The notes under the pieces were generated by a model, which made no database searches, was not told where the DNA came from, and saw only the letters and a program-made list of their open reading frames with translations. Both the position numbers and the translations under genes were made by a program. Positions 1 through 12,674 of a DNA stretch of 64,000 nucleotides are shown here, in pieces. The first letter of the stretch is position 1, and each line of letters starts with the position of its first letter. The stretch is from Octopus sinensis (Eukaryota): NCBI RefSeq assembly GCF_006345805.1, contig NC_042999.1, forward strand, positions 20,956,001-21,020,000. The letters are read 5' to 3'.

Positions 1-282
1 GGGTACTTCATGGGTTTTAGAGGAATAAATCGATGCCAGATCTTATATTTTAAGGTCTGATTTTTATGATCATGATTTCCTTTGCTAACCCTTTGAGGTA
101 CCGGGACGTAAACAGAGCAGCAGTGGCTGTCCTGCGGTTTTGGATGACAAAGACATAAAGGTATTTTACACATACTCATATACAAATATGTATATACGGC
201 GGGCTTCCGTACACATTTCAGAAAAGCCAAATTGACAAAGAACTTATTGGTCAGCCCGGGGCTATAGCAGAAAGCCCTTATC

Positions 283-860
283 GAGCTGGCAGAAACGTTA
301 GCACGCCGGGCGAAATACTTAGCGGTATTTCGTCCACCGCTGCGTTCTTAGTTCAAATTCCGCCGAGGTCGACTTTGCCTTTCATCATTTCGGGGTCGAT
401 TAAATGAGTACCAGTTACGCACTGGGGTCGATGTAATCGACTTAATCCGTTTGTCTGTCCTTGTTTGTGCCCTCTGTGTTTAGCCCCTTGTGGGTACTAA
501 AGAAATAGAAATAGTTATTTCGTCTGCCGTTACGTTTTGAGTTCAAATCCCGCCGAGGTCGAATTTGCCTTTCATCCTTTCGGCGTCAATTAAATAAATA
601 CTTATTACGCACTGGGGTCGATATAATCGACTTAATCCGTTTGTCTGTCCTTATTTGTCTCCTCTATGTTTAGCGCCTTGTGTGTAATAAAGAAATAGGT
701 ATTTCGTCAGCCGCTACGTTCTGAGTTCAAATTCCACCGAGGTCGACTTTGCCTTTCATTCTTTCGGGGTGGATTAAATAAGTAACAGTTACGCACTGGG
801 GTCCGTCCTTGTTTGTTCCCTCTGTATGTAGACACTTTTGGGCAGTAGAAAATAAGAAAG
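283..860 (+). mobile_element. tRNA-derived SINE family A with tandemly triplicated body
   Basis: Head gagctggcagaaacgttagcacgccgggcg and B-box gttcaaattcc. The ~185-bp body (gtcgactttgcctttcatcctttcggggtcgat...aagaaatag) occurs three times. Many homologous copies elsewhere in the window. Confidence 0.9.
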
Positions 861-1860
861 CACTTATCGAATTGAATCCGGAACCCGTTCAGTTGAATTG
901 AACTCGGAACGACATGGTTACATTGTGAGCTTTTAACCACACAGTCATAACTGCGCATGTATATACAACTCGAAAATGATTAACCCTACTGTGCTCCCGT
1001 AAATAGTTGCGAGTATTCTTGTTTTTATACATATTGATTTCGTTATTTAGCAACCGAGAAAACGTGACCAAATAGCTGTGACAGTAATATAAACGATCCT
1101 GTATTCAACTTCAGTTTTATGTTTTCAATTTACAAGTGATATACTTGGGGTGGAAATGAGTTTTAAAGAATAAGGATGACATTTACAAATCTTGCATTCA
1201 CGTTCAAGCAGAAATACTATGAAATAAACAAAGAGAAAATAGAGTAAACAGTCAAAGATATAACCAGAAATAAAGTAGCCAATTCTATTTATTAAATTAT
1301 AATAGAAGTTTAACATGTACATAATTAAGTACAAGTGTTAATGTAAGGAGTGTGGAAATGTTCAGACGCTTTCGGGAAACGAACAATAAATTCACACAAA
1401 TGATTTCGTTAAAAAATTTGAGCAAGTCAATAGAATTCATGTACGTTCTCAAGCATTGCGATAGCCGTGATAGTTCCCACAGTTGAAGAATTAAAAGATT
1501 CTATAAAATAAAGGAACTACTTGACATTAAGCTGTTTTCTCAATACAAGTGGCACCCTGGTGATTTTAGATTTTACAGTGCCCTAAAAAATGCTGTTGTT
1601 CATAATTTAATGATTTCACAATTGTTGTGCCCGATTTCACGCTAAGAGAAAGAGAGATTAAAGCAAGTATAAAATGATAATATTGAAGGTGAAATATCAG
1701 TAGGTATATACTGTATTTAGAACAGACATCTATATATGTTACATAAGTTATTATAGTTTGATATTTAGAATTGTACGCCAAAAGGAAGAACCAGCTTCTC
1801 GCACATCAGCGTGTCATTGATCGCAACTTGCAGCACCAACGCGGTAATTATGTTCCTTAG

Positions 1861-2108
<248 letters not shown>

Positions 2109-2136
2109 CGAGAAAGGAGCAACAAGAATGGATAGG

Positions 2137-2230
2137 TTTTTAGTACGATCGTTTCATACAAGGACAGGTTTTATTAAAAGTTGCAAAGATTACAGCATAT
2201 AAACGAGTCCCGTACTCATCAGCTAAAATA
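2137..2230 (-). ncRNA. Type I hammerhead ribozyme (mirror copy in left arm of palindrome)
   Basis: Reverse complement of 2578-2671. Confidence 0.8.
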
Positions 2231-2577
2231 CATGTAAGTTCTCTAGACATCCTAGTGTTTGAGGCTATACTCATGAAGTAATGTAGATAATTAAACAGAT
2301 TTCTAAAGTTCATTAAAGTTCTTTAAAGATGATGTACAGTCTTATCACAGAATTTTAAAAAAGTTTTGATAGCATCACAGAGAAGGTGACCTAATCCATA
2401 TGAATTCATATGGATTAGGTCACCTTCTCTGTGATGCTATCAAAACTTTTTTAAAATTCTGTGATAAGACTGTACATCATCTTTAAAGAACTTTATGAAC
2501 TTTAGAAATCTGTTTAATTATCTACATTACTTCATGAGTATAGCCTCAAACACTAGGATGTCTAGAGAACTTACATG

Positions 2578-2671
2578 TATTTTAGCTGATGAGTACGGGA
2601 CTCGTTTATATGCTGTAATCTTTGCAACTTTTAATAAAACCTGTCCTTGTATGAAACGATCGTACTAAAAA
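2578..2671 (+). ncRNA. Type I hammerhead ribozyme (predicted cleavage after GUA at 2664)
   Basis: ttttag-CTGATGA-gtacgggac...gtccttgtat-GAAAC-gatc-GTA-ctaaaa. Stem I ttttag/ctaaaa, stem II pairs, helix III is the palindrome ACGATCGT. Confidence 0.8.
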
Positions 2672-2817
2672 CCTATCCATTCTTGTTGCTCCTTTCTCGC
2701 TTATAATCACCCCACATTACTGTATTGTTAAATCAGTATAGTTTTTTTTGGTGCATCTAAGTTAGGTACCATATTCAAGTAAATTCTTTTAAATTAACTT
2801 GAATCTTTATTGCTCTT

Positions 2818-2863
<46 letters not shown>

Positions 2864-2948
2864 CATATATATATATATATATATGTGCATATATATATAT
2901 ATATATATACATATATATATACATATAAATATATATACATATATATAT

Positions 2949-3032
<84 letters not shown>

Positions 3033-3040
3033 GTACATAT

Positions 3041-5051
3041 ACTTTGATACTTTGATACTTTGATAGGTTTCGGCCATTATTGGCCCAGGCCATGTCTAAC
3101 TTAATAGCACCACCTAGTGAAGTCTTTCAAGTCAGAATTTGGGCACTATGGCCCACTCAAGTAGAGAGTTATTGTTTACAGAGACATATCCGGGTGTAGG
3201 GGGTTTATCCGGGATTTCTTGAAGGAATCTGTCCAAAGACTTCTTGAACCCTATAGGGTCAGTTTCTGTTTTAATGTGTTTTGGTGTAATGTTAAAGAGA
3301 GCGGGGCCAATTGAGGTGAAATAATTGTGCCGTATTGTTGTTATGAGATGAGAGTGCGATTTTTGTTTTGGGCGGATGGCACGGGGCCCAAGCCTTGGAT
3401 GTACCTTAAAGGTGATGCCAACATCATTTGGGCAATGCTGATGGAATATTTTCCACATCATGCAGATGATGTAGCGCTCACGACGACGTTGGAGAGAATA
3501 GAGTTTTAGCTTTTCTAGTCGACCCCAATAGTCGAGGCCTGTCATGCCATCTATCTTTTTTGTGATTGCCCTTTGAGGTGCTTCAACTTTTATGATACCT
3601 TGTATTGTGTGGGGAGACTACAGTGGACAACAGTATTCAAGGTGGGGTCGGGCAAAAGTGGAGAAGAGAAGGATAATGGTGTGGATATCTCTCGACTGGA
3701 AAGTTCTGAGAATCCAGGAACACATTCTGCGGGCCATGTCAACTTTGGTGTTTATATGAGTGGCCCAGCTTACGTTGTTGTCCACAATTACTCCCAAGTC
3801 TCTGATGTTGTTGGACGCCGCGAGAGTTTCACCTGAAGGAAGGGAGTATGGGAGTTTCAGGGCATCCTCTTTTCCAAAGTGGATTAGCTCAAATTTATCC
3901 TCGTTCAGCAGCATATTGTTTTTTTCTGCCCATTGGATAACAGCCAGTAGATCTGACTGAAGGCATGTCCGGTCACTCGCCTCATTTATGACCTTCTGTA
4001 GATTGGAGTCATCTGCAAAGATTTTTATGTTGCTGTGCTTGATGATGTCATTAATGTCATTAATGTAAATGATGAAAAGAAGTGGGCCCAGCACAGTGCC
4101 TTGCGGAACGCCACTACTGACTTTGGCTGGGCTTGATTTTACCCCTTCAACTACAACATGTTGAGATCTGTCTGTCAGGAAACACTTAATCCATTTCAGT
4201 AACTTTCCAGAGACACCAATGTTGGATAGTTTTTTCAATAGGATCTTGTGATCGACCCTGTCGAAGGCCTTACTGAAATCAAGGTAGATGACATCGGTGT
4301 TGGAGCCCTCTCCCAAAGCTCTCAAAATGTCCTCAAAGTGATGCAGGAGCTGCGTTAGGCAGTCCCTTCCATTACGGAACCCATGTTGGTTGGAGATCAG
4401 CCGTCTGTGCTTTCCAGAAATTGGGTTATTCGAGATCTCACCACCCTCTCAAATACCTTGATGATATGAGAGGTGAGTGAGATCGGACGGTAATTCACTG
4501 CAAGGGACTTGTTTCCCTTTTTGAAAACTGGGACAACAGACTGGGACAGAAGGTTTTTTGGAATATAGCCAGCATCCAGTGAGTTTCTCCACAGATTAGC
4601 AAGGGGAGATGCAAGTTGGTGTCGACACACCTTCAGGACACAAGCAGGGAACCTATCGGGGCCTACTGCTGAATTGTGTTTTATTTCGTTTATCGCCGCT
4701 AAGACATCAGGGGCACTAAACGTTATGTCCGATATAGTGTGTTGGGGGTTGACATCACTGATACAGCCCAGATCGGCCATATCAGGATTGCTGAAAACAG
4801 AGCAGTATTGTTTCTGCAGTATCTCGGCCATGGATTTGGCATTATCTTGGAGAGTGCCAGTTTCGTCAATTAGAGGGCCTACAGTGGAGACAGTGACCCT
4901 GCGTTTCCTCGCAAATGAAAAGAACACTTTGGGGTTGAGTTTGATTTTTCCAATGGCCCACTTCTCCTCAGCTGATCTTTGGTTATTGATGAGGGTCTTC
5001 ATGCATTGTTGGAGGTTATATTTTTTGGATTCAAGCAGTGCGATAGCTGTC
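3041..5051 (-). mobile_element. CR1-clade LINE, 5'-truncated, young (ORF2 reverse transcriptase and C-terminus)
   Basis: Minus-strand translation shows [59 protein letters not shown]. Only one 1-nt frameshift (~4400) and one in-frame TAG (~3620). 3' tail is (ATCAAAGT)3, an 8-bp unit as in CR1. Confidence 0.92.
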
Positions 5052-5073
5052 ATATATACATATATATATATAC

Positions 5074-5174
<101 letters not shown>

Positions 5175-5253
5175 CTATATATATATATATATGTATATAT
5201 TACCGCACCAACGCGGTAATTATGTTCCTTAGCATGTATGTATGTATATATGT

Positions 5254-5310
<57 letters not shown>

Positions 5311-5311
5311 G

Positions 5312-5365
<54 letters not shown>

Positions 5366-5439
5366 TATATATATATATATATATATATGTAATATATATA
5401 TATATATGTATATATATATACATACATATATATACATGC

Positions 5440-5472
<33 letters not shown>

Positions 5473-5473
5473 T

Positions 5474-5640
5474 ACGACGGGCGTCTTTCAGTTTCCGTCT
5501 ATCAAATCAACTCACAAGGCTTAGGTCGGCCCGAGGCTATAGTAGAAGACAATTGCCCAAGGTGCCACGTAGTGGGAATGAACCCGGAACCATGTAGTTG
5601 GTAAGCAAGTTATTTACCACACAGTAACTTATGTGCCCAT
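5474..5640 (-). mobile_element. SINE family B (CORE-like), 5' half
   Basis: Reverse complement of the family B head (gtggtaaataacttgcttaccaac...gttcattcccactacgtggcaccttgggcaa). Confidence 0.85.
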
Positions 5641-5812
5641 ATATATGTACATATGCATATATATACACATGCATACACACATATATATATACATACATAT
5701 ATATATACATATACATATATATATACATATATATATATATGTACATACACACACACGCACACACTAGCAGAAACACACACGCACACACTCACACACAGAC
5801 ACACACACACAA

Positions 5813-5846
<34 letters not shown>

Positions 5847-5847
<1 letters not shown>

Positions 5848-6229
5848 CTAGCAGTATCGCCCGGCGTTGCTCAGGTTTGTAAGGGAAATAACTATAAAGC
5901 ATTTTTAGAGAGTTATAGCCAAAAAATAGCAAAAAATGGAAAAAAATGATGGTAAATTTTTTTTTAGTTAAAAAGGGTGGAGTTGCGTCCCCTAGACAGT
6001 TTGCGGTTTGTGTTTCTGATTGTCGACCCCATGTCGAATTTATAGATTTTTTTCAGAACTGGGGGAACTTTTCAAAATTTTCACTGCGTTAGTTTTGAAT
6101 TATGACATTGGGCTATGTGTGTGTCAAGTTTCATCAGAATCGGTTGAAAGCCGTGGTCAGGGTGAGGGTACAACCTAACAGACACACAGAAACACGCACA
6201 GACAAACTGCCGTTTATATAGAGAGAGAT
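5847..6229 (+). mobile_element. Non-autonomous Helitron-like element (Lep1/HINE-like ends)
   Basis: Begins ACTAGCagtatcgcccggcgttgctcaggtttgtaaggg and ends tttatatagagagagat. The 5' ~100 bp is shared with 33167-33569 and 30954-31344. Confidence 0.65.
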
Positions 6230-6310
6230 ATATTATTTTATTTATTTCAGTCATTTGACTGAGACCATATAAACACACATACATCTATATATACATACAT
6301 ATTATTTTTA

Positions 6311-6420
6311 TTCAAGAATACTGTTGGTAGTGACTTCGAAGTTTCGACTAGCGAAGCCATCGACGGACAATGGCTTAGCGGGTCGAAACTGAAGTCATTT
6401 TCAACAACATTATCTTGTAA
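6311..6420. repeat. Imperfect ~110-bp hairpin made of two degenerate head-to-head hammerhead motifs
   Basis: Minus arm: ccgtcga-t-ggct-tcgct-agtc-GAAAC-ttcgaa-GTC. Plus arm: cggacaa-t-ggcttagcgggtc-GAAAC-tgaa-GTC. Each core is 2 mismatches from CTGACGA. Confidence 0.55.
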
Positions 6421-6881
6421 AACTAATAAAGTTGTACTCCACGAAAGTAGAGTGTATCCTATCAGATTAACGTAAAATTACTATATGTGGACATAAAAAT
6501 AATCATTAATACACACACACACACACACACACTCATGCCAAAGGACCCCCACACACAAACACAGGTGTCCACGTGTATATGGCTGTGTATGTGAATAGAT
6601 GGATATATATCTCTGTAGATACGTTGTCGCTACACGCTCTCGGCTTTTCAAATGTGAGTGTTTATTTAATAAAGATTGTAGACGACTGTTACGTATGATA
6701 GTGTGATATATTTAAATATCATATACCATGTTTAAATCTCCAGATATTTTTTTATGTTCCCAATTTCTCGGTAGTATCAAATTTAATATCAGTTAACATT
6801 TATAATGTGAAAGTTGTAGTTTCCTTAATGCTTGATCGCATCAACTATTGATCTATCACCATTTTCTTCTTAACGTTTCAG

Positions 6882-6977
6882 GTGGCGTTACTCTTTGAGT
6901 ATCGGCAACTAATCTTCCAAGTTCATACTCATTCAGCAAACACGGGTCTGACTTTAGTGTCCTCTAAAATTTCGCCT
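6882..6977 (+). other. Candidate 96-nt exon (VALLFEYRQLIFQVHTHSANTGLTLVSSKISP)
   Basis: Polypyrimidine acceptor ttttcttcttaacgtttcag and donor gtaagt. One open frame. No recognisable homology. Confidence 0.2.
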
Positions 6978-7612
6978 GTAAGTGCCGAAACGAGAATCGT
7001 CTGGCCTATATACTTAATTCTTTCTACTCTCTGCTACTTGCAATTGTCTCTTTCCAATGATTCAATTCATGTGTTGTGTATTTATTTTATAATAGACAGC
7101 AATTATTAATAGACCTGCTCGAGCAATGTTTAGCGTCAAACAATTTTTCTACTTTCGTCTCACCTCTATTAAATCTGGCGCACACCATAACCATTACAAA
7201 CCTTTGCGATATCAAAGTGTAATTTCTTTCTTATTCGAGCAATTTTTCAAGCTATATTTACGATAAATCAATTTCATTACAGAATTCATTTTTCTTTAAT
7301 AGCAATTATTCTGGCAATAACCGTTCAAATGATGGAATAACAACACAATTTCAGGCATTTATGCTTGAACCAATCTTTTTACTATAATGTTCAGGCTGCG
7401 AGGTTAGTCTCTGCCTTGATAAAATTTACAGACAGATGCATATAAAATCTTACAGAGAAAGCAACAACGAGACAAGGATAAACGAGTATATATATATATA
7501 TATATATATATATAGGTATTCGAACATGAACAAAGAGAAAACATAACAAAGCGAGGATGTGGAACAAGTATAGTGTTATTGGACGCTCAGTAAAGGAAAG
7601 AAAGTAGGAGGA

Positions 7613-7647
7613 TTTAACGCTTCGGGCGGAGCACTTCGTCAGAAAAA
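7613..7647 (-). ncRNA. Degenerate minimal hammerhead (PLE terminal-repeat type)
   Basis: ttt-CTGACGA-agtgctccgccc-gaagc-gtt-aaa. Same layout as 21095-21132 and 31797-31828. Confidence 0.45.
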
Positions 7648-7699
7648 TAGAAAAAAAGGAAAGATGAAGAAAGAAAACCACCAACGTTACACACGCGGT

Positions 7700-8391
7700 C
7701 ACCAAGACCACGAAAATGAAGATCTACCAGGCATGTCTACTTAGCATTCTACTGTATGGAAGTGAGATTTGGACGCTATACACACGCCAAGAGCGTCGCC
7801 TAAACATCTTTCACCTGCGCTGCCTCCGGAAAATCCTTCGCAACAAATGGCAGAATCATATCCCCAACAAAGATTTCCTCAAGCAAGCAGGAATACCAAG
7901 CATGTTTGCACTCCTCACACAAAGACGTATGAGATGGCTTGGGCATGTCAGCCGTATGAAAGATAGCAGAATCCACCAAGGGCATACTCTACGGAGAGCT
8001 TGCTAGAGGTACTAGGTCTGTGGGTAGACCGTTCTTACGTTACAATGATGTTTGCAAAAGGGACATGAAGGCCTGCAACATCAATATTAGCAGTTGGGAA
8101 GCAATTGCCAGCAACCGTGGAGATTGGCGACGTACCGTAAAAGAGGGAATACAAAAGAGTGACAGAGAGAGGGGAAAAATGGAAAGACAAGAAAAGACGC
8201 CAACAAGAACTATGACATTACAACCAACCAGGAACAGTCTTCGCTACATTTGCGGTACCTACCAGAGGGAGTGTTTGTCCAGGATAGGACTACACAGCCA
8301 CAGCAGGAAATGTACCAGGACATGAAATGTAAAAGCCGGATAAGACAATTTTATGCGCAACTCTATTGTCTCCTGAGACAAAAAGGATGCC

Positions 8392-8405
<14 letters not shown>
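7700..8405 (+). mobile_element. RTE (BovB-like) LINE 3' end
   Basis: KMKIYQACLLSILLYGSEIWTLY...RRMRWLGHVSRM...GRPFLRYNDVCKRDMK...IGLHSHSRKC. 3' UTR stem-loop ttgtctcctgagacaa and (AAC)n tail. Confidence 0.88.
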
Positions 8406-8446
<41 letters not shown>

Positions 8447-8484
8447 TATATATATATGTATATCAATGTTTGGTGTGTGGTGTG

Positions 8485-8520
<36 letters not shown>

Positions 8521-8525
<5 letters not shown>

Positions 8526-9130
8526 GTGCGATGAATAAATTGTCGCCTAAATTAAGCGAAGATTAAAGTAACAATGACATTTCATTTTAACAGATATACT
8601 TACCAAAATCACATAAAAATATCTTAAAATATTACCGAGTAGATTTATTCAATAAAATCGCCATTGGCTTCAACTACGGCCTCCAGACGACTTTGGAATC
8701 TCCTGCAGCTCTTCTGGACGGTCTCCTTGTTTGAGTTGGTGAATGCTGCCCTAATCCTTGCCTTCAGTTCATCTTTGGTGTCACAAGGAGTTTTGTTGGA
8801 CTTTTGCTCAACTGCGCCCCACATATAACAATAGGGATTGCAATTTGGGGAGATATGTGGCCAGATTTTAGGGGTGATGTGGTTGCAGATATTGTCTGAC
8901 AGCTATGATTGAGTTCTCCTGTTTTAAGTGGCACGATACAAGGTCATGTTGCCAGACATAGGGTCTTCCAGCGGCCACCCTCTTGACCGGAGGCAGCAAT
9001 ACCTCCTCGAAGTACTTGATGTGTAGCCTTCCATATTGAGTCTAATGCCGTGTGGGAAGATGAATGGAGTCATAAGTTTGCCATCAGTAGTAAACACGCC
9101 AAACACGATAATGTTGACTAGATTTTTGGT
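8521..9130 (-). mobile_element. Tc1/mariner (maT/Bmmar1-like) transposase remnant, C-terminal half plus terminal repeat
   Basis: Minus-strand translation: IVFGVFTTDGKLMTPFIFPHGIRLN...RPYVWQHD...WPHISPNCNP..YMWGAVEQKSNKTPCDTKDELKARI...RLEAVVEANGDFIE*. Frameshifted. Confidence 0.8.
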
Positions 9131-9455
9131 CTTTATCACTCTCAGTTGTTCGTATTGATAGATGTTCGTATTGGACATTCTGGAACGAATGCTAAGCAGT
9201 ACAGCATAACGTTTTGCAAATTACTGGCGGCGTCATTAGCGTCATGGTACTAGTTTCCTCGCAGACGATGCCCAACAGACCCCATTATACTGTGTAGTCG
9301 ACAAAATCCAAAACAAACAATGCGCATGCGTTAAATGAAACATATAAATGGCATATATATATGCATGTATGTATATATATACATACATACATATATAGAT
9401 ATATGTATGCATGTATATAGACACACACGCATATACAATATTATGTGTGGGTATG

Positions 9456-9491
<36 letters not shown>

Positions 9492-9580
9492 ATATACATA
9501 TACATACCCACACATAATATTGTATATGCGTGTGTGTCTATATACATACATACATATATATATATGCATTTATATGCATA

Positions 9581-9695
<115 letters not shown>

Positions 9696-11647
9696 TGTAT
9701 CTCTATATATCTGTATATACGAGCAATACGCCGCCGTCCAATGAACGGTGCTGAGTTGTCAAACATTTGAACAAACTTTTCTCAAAACAACTTGTCCGTC
9801 CGTCCCATAAGCCTCCCCTTTGAGAAACACTGATTTAACCTAAATTTGAGACACCAGCAAAATAAGAAATAAAGATACACTGTTTTCTATTCCAAAGAAA
9901 AACGATTTTATTCACACAAATATGCAACAGAAGAGTTTAAAGTACCAGTAATGATAAGGCTGTTGACTGGGATAACAAAAACATGGTTTAAATAGTAAGC
10001 TTGGCAGGAAAGAAACGTTCCTTTAAGCAGTACAAAAACAACTAAGAATGGAAGGTGCAGTTATGTACAGGTTGACGGAAAAAAAGCAGGACAAAAACGG
10101 CTTTATCTATTGCATTCTCACCTAGAATCAATAAAATTTTTTTTTTCAAGACTTATACACGCCGTAGACTTAATCATAAACATACAAAGCATATTTTGTA
10201 TCTTTTACAAGCCTACTTTATACAAAATGTCCTTCGCTTTCACCCACAATAAAAAGAAATCTACGAGAGTTTTGTCTGCTTTTTGCAGCATGCCATGCAC
10301 AAACACAATTTTTTTCTTTATGCCTACATTACACGTTATTTGTGAAGGTTGTTAAGAATAGCAGAAAAAATGCAGAGTAGCACAACGAGTCCACTGACAA
10401 GTCAGCGTTATTTCTGTCTTTAATACGGTATTCAATGCGACCTGTGTGGTGTTGGTTCTATTTCTTGACATTACATCTATATAAGTCGTTATGTTGATGC
10501 TATATGTCAAATAAATATTCGTTCATCGTGTAACGGATGCCAAAACTGTGGGTACACTCTGCTAGAAAACAAAAAATAGCGACACTATTCCAATTTAGTG
10601 ATTAAATAAATCCCCATCATTCATTTTAATAACTAGTGATTCGAGCGCACAACGTAGTCCTTTACAGTCACCCAACAGAGAGAAATTAGCAGAGAAATGC
10701 TCTGAAGTTCACAAGGTGTTATCTTAAAACTAAGATAACACGATAAAATAGATAAGATTATTTTTACAATATAAAATAAGATGAACTGTTTATGTCCAAT
10801 CTAATGAATAAAAAAAATTAAGACGGACTGGTGAAATTTAGAACTCAAGTCATCGCAGTTTATGTCACTGGCGAGTGAACGCTGACTAAATAACAACTAA
10901 CGTATCAAAATTAGTTTATTTTAAGATCTGCTCCTTTTAAAATGCATTTTCAACTAAAGCACATTTTTTCTTTTTGTGAAGATCAAGAAATTGAGAAGAA
11001 AAGGAATGAGAAGTATTGACACTTATGACTTTCGAAGTGGCCTTTCTTTTAGAAAACGAAAACAAAAATGAAATTTAGAAGGAAAGCAATTTTTAAAATT
11101 ACTAGAATTGAAGATAATACATAAAACAGGAAAAAAATAATTAAATCAAAATGCAAGTGTGAAAATAATTTAACAAGATACTTGAGAAGTAATTCATTAG
11201 AGACAATCCAGAGGGGATGGATACAACAGGAACGTAGGAAATTAAAATAAAAAAATATAAGTACATTAATTATTTATTATTTTATTTAACTTGAAGCTTT
11301 GTGTTTTCTCAACGGATAATTTGGTTCTTTATATTCACCATGACAAACAAATTATAAAATAGTGTTTTTTTTTTAAATTTTGAAAACAATTTCTTCATAC
11401 GATATAGTGTAATTTCCTTTAGAAAAAATTATCTCGTTTCTTTTAAATTTGCATTTGAAGCGAAATTTGCCTTAAGTTGTGATAGAAATCGCATCAATAA
11501 CCTTATAAAGAAAGCAAATTTTGTTTCTTATATATCTCGTGGTATTTATAATGTAGATTTATTTAGGTGTGTTTTATTTTATTGCATACATTAAATTTAC
11601 TGAAATGTTCAGTGCTAGATAATTCCATTGTTTATCGTTTCAGTCAG

Positions 11648-11695
11648 ATAATGCTAGAGCTTGTAGTGATGAGGAATGCTGTAAAAGAAATATAG
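11648..11695 (+). other. Candidate 48-nt symmetric (phase 1-1) Cys-rich exon (NARACSDEECCKRNI)
   Basis: Acceptor tttatcgtttcagtcag, donor ag|gtaaaa, open frame with C-x4-CC. No homology recognised. Confidence 0.25.
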
Positions 11696-12674
11696 GTAAA
11701 AAACATGTAGATGAATTTTCATCGAAAATGATTTCACCTGACCGGGCATAAAATAATTAGATTTCGTTCTCAATTTTTAACCCGCCCAACCCATTTCTTT
11801 ACTGAAAGGATTTTTATCGGAGAAAGAACTGGTAATATCTACTCTGTGAACATCAGAACTCACGACCAAGAGGCAACAATTTTTTTTTTAAAACTCATCT
11901 AACACGCAGTGTTTTACTGTCTAGGGTTCTTAAGTTTCTGAGATAAATTTTGCATTTCATCCTCCTGGGACAGATGAATGAAATAATAGTCAAGTACGAT
12001 TACCCCTCCCGCCAAAATTGCACACTTTCGGCTGCTGTGCGGTATATACATATGCTGTAATAGATAAATAACATTGAAGTGGTTAATTAATTAATAATCA
12101 TTACACCAGAGTCTTACATATTTAACCACGTATAGTTAAATTCGGGGATATTATATGTTTCAATTTCTTGTTGTCCTACCAGATCGAATTAATATCACAA
12201 TGGCATTTGTCTGATGCCTTTGTACAGGGAGGACGTGTAAGTTTGTTTATTGTCCATTTCGTTTTGGCTCTGAGTGATTCGCAAACTATTTTCATGAAAG
12301 ATTGCTATTGCAACAAAATCTGCGTGTAAGAATTCCACTATGGAACACAATTCATCAAGCCAAATCCAGCATAGAAATTTTAGACTTAAACTATTATTAT
12401 ACTAAAATGAAGTTCTTTAAGGGGTGTAAAAATTAAAAATAAATGTACTTTAAAAGTGTTAGAGGTTATAAGAATGTTACAATTTAATTATAGAAACTCT
12501 AATCGCGTCGTTTGTTTTGCTACCGACGTCCGTTACAGAGCCGTAGTCATTCTATTTCTGGAGATTTCAAAGCAGACAACTAAACAAATTGTACTATTTG
12601 AGAGAAAACGATATCTATCATTAATAAATTATTTGAAATAATTTGAACTATTCTAATTATTTTAACGAAAGTAA

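Noticed and set aside
2402-2407. Palindrome centres equal restriction sites (GAATTC here, CCATGG at 43257-43262, CTTAAG at 62935-62940), suggesting ligation chimeras
   Set aside because: Any spacerless palindrome centre looks like a restriction site, and three different sites argue against one enzyme. An artefact is still not excluded without reads.
9411-9547. Short palindrome centred on a (TA)n run
   Set aside because: Low-complexity arms with the symmetry centre in self-complementary (TA)n. Most simply slippage, strand switching or an assembly flip; no functional motif.
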